Below, piece after piece: positions 1 through 10,034 of a DNA stretch of 35,076 nt. The stretch covers positions 1,582,981 to 1,618,056 of the forward strand of contig NW_008246068.1 in assembly GCF_000281045.1 (NCBI RefSeq), read 5' to 3'. Every line of letters starts with the position of its first letter. The first letter of the stretch is position 1. The notes under the pieces are model-generated. The model did no database searches. It worked only from the letters and a program-made list of their open reading frames with translations, and was not told the DNA's origin. The translations under genes were made by a program, and so were the position numbers. Source of the DNA: Saprolegnia diclina VS20 (Eukaryota).

Positions 1-361
1 GCAGCCACCACGCCTCGGAGTCACTTGATCTTCTTCCCGTGCTTTCAGCTGAACAAAATCGTAACGAAGTGGCCGTGTTCAGAACGTATAATACATGTAG
101 GTTGTGCAATGAAGAGGTGGCTCCTGGCTGGAGTCCAAGCTAATACCTCCTCTCCGACTGCCACGTTGCCTGAGGTTCGATCGACCCGACTTTCGAACCC
201 ATATGGTGACCTTCATGGACCACCCCGGGGTACCCTATAAAATCACAGTGCTGTGAACAAAAAAACACATATTCTTGTATTGAGCAATTCTTGATGGTCC
301 TACTGGGTAGTCCCCCAAAAAGGGACTTGACAGCAATGATCGACGGACTCGACAACACGCC

Positions 362-1890
362 ATGAAGCTCTTACATCTCCTGTCTGTCGTGGCCGTCCTG
401 TGGCCCGTGACCGAGGCTGGGCCCGAGCTTTCCGTGCGTGACCACAACAAGAACAAGACGGCCTCCAAGCGCCCGACGATACGCGTCCCGCTCGATCCGA
501 GCACGCAGCACACGCCGGTGGACCCGGCGCTCGCCCACTTGCGGCCGCCAGCGCCGCGGTTTCCGGCCGAGTACGATATGTTTGTGGGCCTTTCGGCTTT
601 TCGCGACGGCGCGCGCTGCGGGTACACGGTCTTTACCGGGTTTTCCCGGGCGACGCGGCCCGACAAGCTCTACTTTGGCATCGTCGACCAGCTCCTCGAG
701 GCCGACCTCTCGTGCATTGACGCCTACTGCGCGCTCGCCGCCGAGGCGTGGCCAAAATGGCCATGCAAGTACCGCGACCAGATCCGCATCGACTCACGTG
801 ACGCGGCTGCGTCGCGCGGGCCAACGTACGCGCGTCACTTCCAGCAGGATTTGGTCCGCGACGAGGAGTTTTGCCTCCAGCTCGACGCGCACAGCGAGTT
901 CACGACGCAGTGGGACACGCTCCTCGTGCAGGAGTGGCAGCGCACCGAGAACGAGATGGCTGTGCTCACGACGTACCTGCACAACATTGACTCGCACATC
1001 CTGTCCGATGGCACCAACCTCGGTACGTGACTTTGCCAAAGGCAATATTTCCACCGCCAGACTAGGGGCCCGCACGGCGCCGCACATTTGCCAAACGACC
1101 CGCGGCGGCTCTGGGAATGTCCGCAATGTCGCCGCCGACCTCATTTACGACTCGGAGCGGCCGCAGCTCGGCGCGCTCTGGGGCGCGGGCCTCTCGTTCA
1201 GCAAGTGCCACGCCGAGAAGCGCGTGCTCATCGACTCGCACACGCTGTGGATGTTTGACGGCGAAGAGTTCCTCCGCGCGTCGCACCTCTGGACGCACGG
1301 CTACGACCTCTACTCGCCCAGCACCCGCGGCCTAGTGGTCTACCACAACTACACGAGCGTCCCTGCCAAGTACGACGCAGTCAAGGTTGCATGCACCAAA
1401 GCGTCTTTGTAGGTACTTTGACCTGCGCGTCGACATGCAGGCCAAGCATCTCGAGACGGCGCGCGCCAACAACCGCGTCAAGTACCTCGTCGGTGTGCCC
1501 TTTGTCGGCGAAATCGACGCCGAAGAACTCGACATCTACGGCTGGGGCACGGTCCGGTCGTTCGCCGCGTACCTCAACTACTCGGGGCTCGTCTTTGAGC
1601 CAAACGTACCGGACAAACAGTCGTGCAAGCAGCTGCACTGGGTGCCGTACGAGGATGCGTCGGCCATTGAAGCGCTGCTGCCGGGGTGGACACCGGCGAC
1701 GGTGGCGCCACCGACCGCCGCCATGCGCAAGCCAGCGTCCATGCGCCGTCAAAAAGGCGTGTTGCCGTCGGTGGCGGCGCGACAAAATGAGAGCTCGGCG
1801 CTGCCTGCGATGTGCTTTCTCGCGTTGATCCTCGCGGTCTTTGTGGCGCTCTTGGCGTGGCCCCGAACGCACCTGCAAAAGACGCAGTAA
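362..1890 (+). CDS. GT60-family N-acetylglucosaminyltransferase (Gnt1/Gnt2-like), with signal peptide and C-terminal TM; 3 exons (362-1022, 1066-1369, 1413-1890)
   Basis: Motifs 'MFVGLSAFRDGARC', 'SRGPTYARH', 'EEFCLQLDAHSEF..WD', 'LWGAGLSFSKCHAE', 'FDGEEF.RA.HLWTHGYDLYSP' are typical of the GlcNAc/GT60 family. Two 43-nt GT..AG introns (1023-1065, 1370-1412) join the three ORFs in frame. Confidence 0.88.
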
Positions 1891-1973
1891 TAGACATTCA
1901 ACGACAACTTGTCCATGCAACTAACATCGTGACGCGCTCCTGTACACACGACAGTCGACGTGGGACTTAAGGA

Positions 1974-3892
1974 CTACCGCGACGAGAGGAGGAGTGCGGT
2001 CGTGTGGCGCTGACAGTACTCGTGGAACTCTGACAATCGGCGGTACACGTCCGCCGCAGCGCTTCGCTGAGCCGGGTCGACGTGCACGCAGCTCGCAATC
2101 ACCTCTGCAATCTCCAACGGACACTTGGTCGTTGGCGCAGGTCGGAAGAAGCCGGCAGCAATGTCCTGGAGGCCGTCGCGCAGCGTCTCGTCGCTAGTGG
2201 CTTTCGCCTCGAGCGCGCAACCGTGGTCCATCTCGCACATGAGTACTCCAAGCGCGTAGACGTCGGCGGCCACCGTCGGGCAGCCGCCGGCGCACACTTC
2301 GGGCGCGACGGTCGCCACGCGCGTCGTCGTCGCCGACCGGAAGCCGTCGAGCTTGGCCGCGCCCGTGGCCGCAATCCAAACACTTTCCGAGTGCACTTGG
2401 CCGTGCACATGTGTCTTCTCGCAGTGGAGGTACTTGAGCGCCCGCGCAAGGTCCCGCGCAATCGAGAGCCGCGTCACGAGGCCCGTCACGCTCGTCCAGC
2501 CAAAGGTGGGGTCGCCGGCGCAAGTGGTCATGTAGTCGTAGAGAGACCCGAGCGGACAGGCCTCCTCGACGACTGCAATGTCAAACGACGTGCTCCAAAA
2601 GACACCGATGCAGCGGACGACGTTGTCATGGCACATCGACGTGCAGAGGCGGATCTCTTGCATGAAGCGGTCCATGTCGGCGCCCGTTTGCAGTTGACGA
2701 ACGACGACCGGCATCTGCGTCGGAGTCCAGACGCCGTCGTAGCGCCCGCCCATTGCATCGGTCGAGACCAGTCGGCGCAGCTGGATGTCGGTGCGTGGAA
2801 GCCGCCACGACGCGATCGACGCGTCGAAGCGCACGTCGTGCTCCGAGACGATCGAGCCCCGGGTCGTTTGGCGCTTGTAGACAGTGTCCATGTGATCGCT
2901 CTGGTCCCGCCGGGCACGCCGGAGGAGCACGACCAAAACGACGACGACCAAGGCGATGGCAACACCGAGTGCGATCGACGTCGCTGTCGCACTCGTATCG
3001 CCGCCGCTCGACGTAGACACGGTATACACGTCCGTGGGCGTCGGTGGCACCACCGTCGTCGTCGTTGCGGGAGCAACGCCAAAGGTACTTGGCGCGCTCT
3101 GTGACGCCAAGACGCAGACGTTGAGCGTACCGCCGAGCAGCGACTGTACGGTTCCGTTGCATGTGGGCGGCAGCGTAATGCTGACGTTGTGCCCCACCGT
3201 GGAGAGTGTTGCAAGCACGCCAAACGACGCTGGCGAGACGGCAATGTCCAGCAGCCGCGCGTGGCTCAAGTCCCTACGCCAGACGTGAGCCGTCACGTCG
3301 CCATACCCAACGAGCGACGCACAGGCTGCCGAGGCTCGGTGGAAAGGTGACGTTGTGGATGGACTGCAGCGGCGTGCCCGACAAGTTTCTAATGCGTGGA
3401 TCTCAGCACACCGACTGCAAGGACGCTGTCGTACAAGCGCTGCAGAGTCGTTGGCAGCGCAAAGTTGCTCCCGAGGGCGTGAAAGGCTTGGTTCACGAGC
3501 GATCTAATGCAAGCATTCTGAGCGAGGCAGCGTCCGTGGCGCGTCGTACAGTTCGAGGAGGTGCAGTTGTCGCCCGACTTCGTCGACGCTAAAGTCCCCA
3601 AAGCTCGTCATGCCATTGTCGCGAAGCACTCTAGTCAAACGCTCATGAACGTCTCGTGAGGTAGAGATTCCTACACTGCGGGAACATTGGGCAGGCGCTC
3701 GACGCGGGCGATCGGGACGCCGTCCAAGCTGCCGTCCGCCATGGCATCGCTTGACGTGATGGTTTGGATCGGGTGACCAGCGCTGTCGAGCACGCATGCG
3801 ATACCAGCGCAGGGCGTCGTCACCAAGACGCTTGGGTTGGCGACGGCGCCGATGGTTGCAGCGAGCCCCAGCGTCGCGCAAAGCAACGCCAT
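1974..3892 (-). CDS. LRR-ectodomain receptor-like kinase, TKL group, with degenerate (pseudo)kinase domain; ~5 exons
   Basis: Signal peptide MALLCATLGLAATIGA at 3892. Short LRR-like exons ('VLRDNGMTSF', 'SLVNQAFHAL..FALPTTLQRL', 'NLSGTPLQSIHNVTFPPSLGSL'). Thr/Pro stalk, TM 'IALGVAIALVVVVLVVLL-RRARR', and a kinase fold ('FMQEI','HDNVVRCIGVFW','APE','ADVYALGVLMCEM','DPAQRS'). Confidence 0.85.
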
Positions 3893-4784
3893 GGAACGAC
3901 AAAGAAGAATGACGGAAGCCTTGCCATGCTCGGGTGGAGGTCGATGTAATGGCCGCGATCTTCCTCGATTGGTCCATGCGATGTCGGCAGCGACGAGATG
4001 CAAAGCTAATCGCACCCAACAGCTACTGGGCCTATCATACATTGAGGCTTCGGCCACTTGAATGGGACGACTGTTCACTACGATAGAATTGCCGGTCACT
4101 GCCAAGTAGAAGTGACTAAGAGGTTGCTTGTAATATGTACTTGGTAGTACGCGAGAACATACTGGAGGCTCTCAGGGACTCTTTGACAACAGCTTCAGTC
4201 GACGACAGAGCTGTGCAGTGATCATGGTCGGCGTCCAGACTGCCACGTGTCCAGCAGTGTTTTACTGAATAGTATCCGGATGCCGCATAGAATCACTTGG
4301 TGTTTGTATGAATAGAGTTGCCATCCGGAAAGCAACCAACATGACGTGGCACCTTGCTGCTTGTTCTGCACCAAATCTTCGTTCGGCAGAGTGAGAATTG
4401 GTCACCATGCATACATATATTCATTTCTGTTACTTGGTCGTCGCCTCTAGAGCGAGACCGAATTCGTGTTGATAGCGAGAAAGCGCGTCAGTGCGAGTCG
4501 ACGACCCACATCGTCCGCTTGATCATTTAGGAGATAACGCGAAACACGTTCATGTATAACGTTCTAGATAAGACGAGTAAACTGATCCTAAATTGCTTGT
4601 GTGAGGACCACACCATGATTGAAGCCTGAGTTGTGGTGCATCACCACGGACTAAACGATTGAACTGAAAGTTAGTTGATTCGCATGAATCAGCACTGTCC
4701 AAAAGCGGTTTAAAACATGCGCGTTAATCAGGTGTTTTTAACATAATAGGTGTATCAAACACTTTTGTGATTCGGCGGGCAGCG

Positions 4785-5570
4785 ATGGCCGACCCGATGG
4801 CCGCTGCCATGCAGCAATACACGGCGTCCATGCAGGCTCAGTTCGCCGCCGTCATGGACAAGGTGCGGTCCAGCATGGAGCAGAGCTCGGGCATGGCCGG
4901 CATGATGAACGACATGCTGGAGAACCTCCTCCTCCAGAGCCTGCGCGTGATCTGCGTCGTCGCGCCCAGTCCATCGATGGCCGTGGACGTCCGGGCCACC
5001 AACCTCGGCACGATCCCGATCCCAGTTGTTGCCGTTTCCATTGCGCTGCGTCCACACGGGCGCCAGGATGCCGAGTACGAGCTGTTGACGCGGTCGGTGC
5101 CACAAGACCTCGCTGTGCACGACGCGATCAACGTTGTCGTGCCACTGGCGCTGCCGTCTCTCGGCCAGTACGACGGCCGCATCGCGGTGTCGTGCGTCAG
5201 CCCTGGCACTGGCAAGCGCCTTGAGGCGACGCACGAATTTAGCGTCTATTACCTCCAGCAGCTCAGCATCGAGCGCGCGACAATCACGGTTCCGGATGGC
5301 CCCGCGACGATCGTGCGAGGCCTGGACCTCGCCAAGCTGCGCGACCTCTTGCGCTTGTCCCCACGGGACGCTTTGGCCACACACGGCGGGTACCAGCTTC
5401 TCGGCCCGAATCATGATACGTGGTTTGTGCTGCAGCTGCTCGATGGCGACAGCACACACGCCGACGTCAGTGTCGTCGCCTCGAGCTCGTCGCCAATCGA
5501 CGCGGGTACCATCTCACACGAGCTCACCTTGCTTGCGGGCTCACGTCGGACAGTCCAGCCACGCGGCTAG
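4785..5570 (+). CDS. Hypothetical protein (Met-rich N-terminal helix, beta-rich Ig-like middle), single exon
   Basis: 261-codon ORF from ATG 4785 with strong GC3 codon bias, flanked by AT-richer DNA. No family recognised. Confidence 0.75.
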   Translation: MADPMAAAMQQYTASMQAQFAAVMDKVRSSMEQSSGMAGMMNDMLENLLLQSLRVICVVAPSPSMAVDVRATNLGTIPIPVVAVSIALRPHGRQDAEYELLTRSVPQDLAVHDAINVVVPLALPSLGQYDGRIAVSCVSPGTGKRLEATHEFSVYYLQQLSIERATITVPDGPATIVRGLDLAKLRDLLRLSPRDALATHGGYQLLGPNHDTWFVLQLLDGDSTHADVSVVASSSSPIDAGTISHELTLLAGSRRTVQPRG

Positions 5571-6440
5571 CTATCTACTTGTCCGCATAAGTCGTAACAA
5601 CGGTCCTACGGTGGAATGAGCCGCTCCGTAGCGAGTACTACAGTTTTCTACGATAGGAGAGCCAAGGCACGTTTGCATCACTGTGGCTGGTGCCTTCTAC
5701 ACGCCTTGCCTCGCCTCACCATCGCTGTCTGGTCGCATCAGGCTCGCCGTCGACAGGCGACCCTGGAGCCCTTGGCGCGTTCGACCAAATCAGCCCACCG
5801 TCGATCGCGAAGTGCGGGAATAGTACGGCAGCTCTGGCAAGATAGTATCTCGCCACCTCTCGCTACAGTGAGAGGAAAAAGACGCCGAGGGCACTATCTA
5901 CTACGCTCAAGTGGACTCGCTTCAACAACGTTTCTCTGATCAAAGCTCGTCGAGCAGCTGGTTTGTGTATGCGCAGCAGCTGCAGAACGACCGTTGCACG
6001 TCGTCGGAACTTGATTAGGCGCGTAGTACGTTCAACGCGGAAGCAACGTAACTGGCCAGACGCATTCCAAGCACATCGTGCGTTTCGGGTACGTGGCCCG
6101 ACTCGCGGTAGCCGAAACCAACTCAGACTCACATCAGCGCAACGTTGGATGTTGAATGTACCTGTTAACCACGGCGTTCTGCATCGCACGCGGGACTGCC
6201 ATTTGGTGACCGCCCTAGATGCGGAGCTAGCGTTCGGAACCAATTCAGCGCGACGTTGGTCGTCGAGGGCAGTGACGTTGGGGTCGTGGCCTTTCTAGCG
6301 GCCCGCCTTGCGCGAAACGTGGCAGTAAGCTGTGACGTGCACCCCAAGAGACCAACCGGACGACGATCGTCGAGTATTGGAGCAAATGCGCGCAAAAGGG
6401 GCTTTGATTCTAGGGTTAGGGTATATTTTAAATAACGTGG

Positions 6441-7523
6441 CTAATACAACCCCCGCGGGTCTTGGTGCTGGAGGTGGTGGTAATTCTCGGGCATACCCAC
6501 CGGCGCGTACCGGTCGAGCGGCTGGAGCTGGTACACGGTCGCTTGCGCATACATTGTGTGTTCAGGATACGGTGCGTACGCCTGTTGTTGCTGGAGGAGC
6601 TCCATACGCGGCGGCTCGTCGTATTGCTGGTACATGGCGTGCATGTTGTTGCCCGTAGTATAGTCCATGTGCTCTTGTTGTTGTTGATGCTGCTGCTGCT
6701 TGAGCGGCTCGTAGTACTCGAAATGCGTCGCTTCGGCCTTGAAGCACCCGCTCGACGTTTGCTCGTACACGTCCACGTACGGCTCGAACGCGCTCTGCGG
6801 GATCTCGGCGAGGACGCGGTCTGTCTGTTCCTTCTTCAGCGACGCGTGGACGTTGAGGCCGTCGGCGTCGTAGACGGCGTTGGGGATGCGAACGGCTGCG
6901 ACAGGCGCCGGAAAATGGTTGGAGCACATACCTTGCTTGCGCGCGGGGCGGTTGCAATCGTCGACCGAGCATCGGCGACCGCCACCGTGCTCTGCGCAGA
7001 AGCCGCCGCCGCGGTCGTTCTTCTTGCAACCGTCAAACTGGCACATGCGGTTGCCGCCGTGGCTTGCGCAAAGACCGTTGCGCTGGGCGCCCTTGTCGCA
7101 TCCGGGCGTCCGGCACCGGTGGCCGCCGCCGTGCATGCGGCAAAAGCCGCCGCCCTGACTGCTCTTATTGCAGTGGGGAATTTGGCAACGAAGGCCGCCG
7201 CCGTGGGACTTGCAGAGCCCGTTGCTCTGCGACGACCGGTTGCAGTCGGCGATCGAGCAGCGCTTGCCACCGCCGTGGCGGATGCAGTAGCCTTTGCCTT
7301 GGCTCGAGCGCATGCAGCCCGCGACCATGCAGCGGAGACCGCCGCCGTGCGCCTTGCAGAGACCTTTCGAGCGCACCTTCTTGTCGCAGTGGGGGTATGT
7401 GCAGAGACGGATGCTGCTCATGCTGGGCGACGAGGCTGCCGACGACGACAGGGTGTCCTTGAAGTGCAGGAGCGACGAGACGTCCACGGACATGGCGGTA
7501 GTTGGATGCGTCTGCCCGAGCAT
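6441..7523 (-). CDS. WRKY19-like tandem Cys/His (CxxxxCxK..GxCxxHGGG) zinc-finger repeat protein with Q/Y-rich C-terminus; putative transcription factor
   Basis: Seven tandem ~24-aa repeats such as 'CMVAGCMRSSQGKGYCIRHGGG', followed by a polyQ/Tyr-rich low-complexity tail. This family is expanded in oomycetes. The start could be 7523 or 7493. Confidence 0.88.
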   Translation of the reverse strand: MLGQTHPTTAMSVDVSSLLHFKDTLSSSAASSPSMSSIRLCTYPHCDKKVRSKGLCKAHGGGLRCMVAGCMRSSQGKGYCIRHGGGKRCSIADCNRSSQSNGLCKSHGGGLRCQIPHCNKSSQGGGFCRMHGGGHRCRTPGCDKGAQRNGLCASHGGNRMCQFDGCKKNDRGGGFCAEHGGGRRCSVDDCNRPARKQGMCSNHFPAPVAAVRIPNAVYDADGLNVHASLKKEQTDRVLAEIPQSAFEPYVDVYEQTSSGCFKAEATHFEYYEPLKQQQHQQQQEHMDYTTGNNMHAMYQQYDEPPRMELLQQQQAYAPYPEHTMYAQATVYQLQPLDRYAPVGMPENYHHLQHQDPRGLY

Positions 7524-9514
7524 GGAAAATCAAAAGTGTCAATGCTATCGGTCGCAGCTGGAAAGAGTCGGACGAGCATACGCGCTTCAAGGATTGCAGT
7601 GCGATCACGAATTTTAGACCCCTGACTCTCTGCGAGCACGTGGCACGGGCACCCACCGTGTATACGCACGAGTAACACGCGATGTGCTCCGTCTTCTAGC
7701 CAAAGTTGGACAATTATACGTAAGTCATCCCACAGCTGAGGCGATTGCAACACATCCTTCTCTCGTCGTACGGCAATTTTCCTTTTTTTCACATCATTGA
7801 TGCTTGGATTTTGCATCACATCCGACGCCGACGACCCCAATCATGTGTTCCGGCAGCCTGTGGTGAGCCGGCCAAAATGCGGCATGCCACGCCCTCTTCT
7901 TCTGAAGCTGCCAAGGCTCAGAACGATCTCCCTCTATCTTGTTCAAGCAACGGCTCTGTTTGTTGCGAATTGTCGAGGTCTTGGCTTGATAACTGGTTCC
8001 TGACGCTGACAGCGCCGTACGTCGAGTGTGAGTAATGCCTGTATGAGTAATGATTGTGGCTTGCATACCACTTTGCAGTTGCGCTCTGCCTTGAACATGA
8101 GCGCGCGCCAAGCTTCCTGCCTCAGAAAGGCGCGCCCCGTCGATGGCTGTTGCGAGTGTCTACTAGTATGGCCTATGCCACCGGCGGCGCCACAACCGCA
8201 GCGCATCCAAGGTTACGCGGGTGCTGGGTGCTTGCGGACGCAGAGAAATGCTCAGTATCGACATGTCGGCACTTGTCACCTCTTCACGCTGCCCTCGCAA
8301 GCAGCTTGAGGCAGCCACGTGGTGCGGCTGCGTTCCCCGAATCTGCGGCGCCGTGACTCACACGTGCGACGAAGAGGTCATGTCAGCCCTTCTTACACAG
8401 ACACGATCATCCTACTCTCTCGTCGTCGAATGCGTCGATGGCCGATGCAGGCGTCGATGCAGGCGCCATCACCGCGGCTTCGTCTACCACGTAGGGTGGT
8501 GTATTACTGTATGGTACTACAAGGCCTACGCACTAATAATCGGCCAATTGAGCGCGTCCGGCTATTTGTTGGGGCCACGTGTTGCCATCGATCAGTCAGT
8601 CACGCCGTAATGGGCTTCCGGAAGGATGTGGTGTAGAGGCCGCTGGGTGCTCGACCCCGATCTTTCCTCGAGTCGCCACCGACGCAACGTCGTCGTCGTC
8701 GCAGCTGTCGCTATGTCCGTTGATGTTTTTGGCCCGTGTCACGACGCGTCACGAGAGATTGGTCAAGTTACTCAAACTGGATAGATGGTTATCGTAGGAC
8801 AAGCATACGAAGTAATGAAATGCCTCCTACAATGCCAATTGCATCGGAATAAAGTCCGCGTCGTTGTTTAGTCCATGGTCCGACTTGCTCAAGCGGCTTC
8901 CTGTAACGTGCACGGCGGTAACTTTAGGAAGAAAAATGGGCCATAGAGCCGCTGTGTAGACGTGTCTGTAGACCGTGTACACACGTCCGAGATCGAGAAC
9001 GCGAGTCAGACAGGACCAAGCATCGCAGTGCAGCGGACACTGCGGACACGGAGACGTCAGCGCAGACAGATTCTTCCATGCCATGGGCAACTGCAAGCGC
9101 ACGCTTCAAGGAACGCGCTCTCAATATAGGTGCTGCCAAGGTCCGATGTTCGCACAGCCGTTGGACGAGCCTGCGTCGAGTCTACTACGGAACTGTCGTT
9201 TTGACTCATGTTATAATGCAGAGCAGGCGGCGTGGTCGGACCACGCACTTATGGCTACATAGCCGGCACGAATCACTTGCGAGAAGACTTGAAGTCCACG
9301 GGTGCATACGTCTCTAGCCAGCGCAGTGACATATTCGCCGTGTTGAAGTTGGTCGCGTCTGAATACACCAACAATTGCGACACAGTCGAGTGCGAAGACT
9401 GTATGCGCGCTAGCACAAGCTACACTTGTGCATCGTCCGTGCTCAGGTGTGTGGGCAACGCGTTGCAGCCGTGCATCATCTGCCCACTCTTGGTCCAGCC
9501 CCGAAAAGATCGCG

Positions 9515-9579
9515 CCAATCCCCACAGCGTATTCGGCGTGCGCCAATCAGCACCCGATCCTCGCCTGGAAACCGCCAAT
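9515..9579 (+). promoter_or_regulatory. Cluster of three CGCCAATC (CCAAT) boxes
   Basis: CCAAT at 9515, 9543 and 9575, all in the context CGCCAATC. Spacing 28 and 32 bp. Confidence 0.5.
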
Positions 9580-9918
9580 CAGAGGCGTCCCCGAGCCATC
9601 GTGCCCCCTGCCTGGCCATGCAACGCGCACGCGAGAGATTTTATTTGAGGCAACTACGAGTTGCAGCGTTGAAGTATACTACAAACGCGCGTCTATGATG
9701 CTACATCAAAGGACTAAGCTTCAAGGCTGCAGCATAAGATTCAGGCTCTTGATAAGATTATTGTTCTCCATGACGCATGACCTAACGGTCACCATTTGCT
9801 GTACGTATACTAGCTTTTGTACGTCGAGCGTGCAATGCTAGTGCGCGGTTGTGCACCGTCCACAACCCTAATTTGTGGCAGAATAAGGACGGTCCAAGAT
9901 CGCAGAGTGGAGTTTCGA

Positions 9919-9983
9919 CCAATCCCTGAGCCTCCTTCGTAACGACCAATGAAAACGCAGGGATCTGTGGAAAGTGCACCAAT
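9919..9983 (+). promoter_or_regulatory. Cluster of three ACCAAT boxes, proximal promoter of IFT70
   Basis: CCAAT at 9919, 9946 and 9979 (spacing 27 and 33 bp), ending about 50 bp upstream of the ATG at 10035. Confidence 0.6.
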
Positions 9984-10034
9984 CGAGGCGTCGAACCGAG
10001 ATCCGCAGACCCGAAGCGTCACCACCGAGCCAGG

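Noticed and set aside
4241..4351. Nested short inverted matches (TGCCACGT/ACGTGGCA, TCCGGATG/CATCCGGA)
   Set aside because: Only 8-bp arms with asymmetric spacing and no TSD. Could be chance or TF sites, insufficient for a hairpin or MITE call.
6462..7420. Periodic ~72-bp repeats resembling an array or CRISPR
   Set aside because: They are the coding Cys/His repeats of the WRKY19-like protein. The context is eukaryotic and there are no identical repeats with unique spacers.
9232..9648. 138-aa Cys-containing ORF
   Set aside because: No ATG start in good context, lacks the local codon bias, has no recognisable motif, and overlaps the CCAAT cluster.
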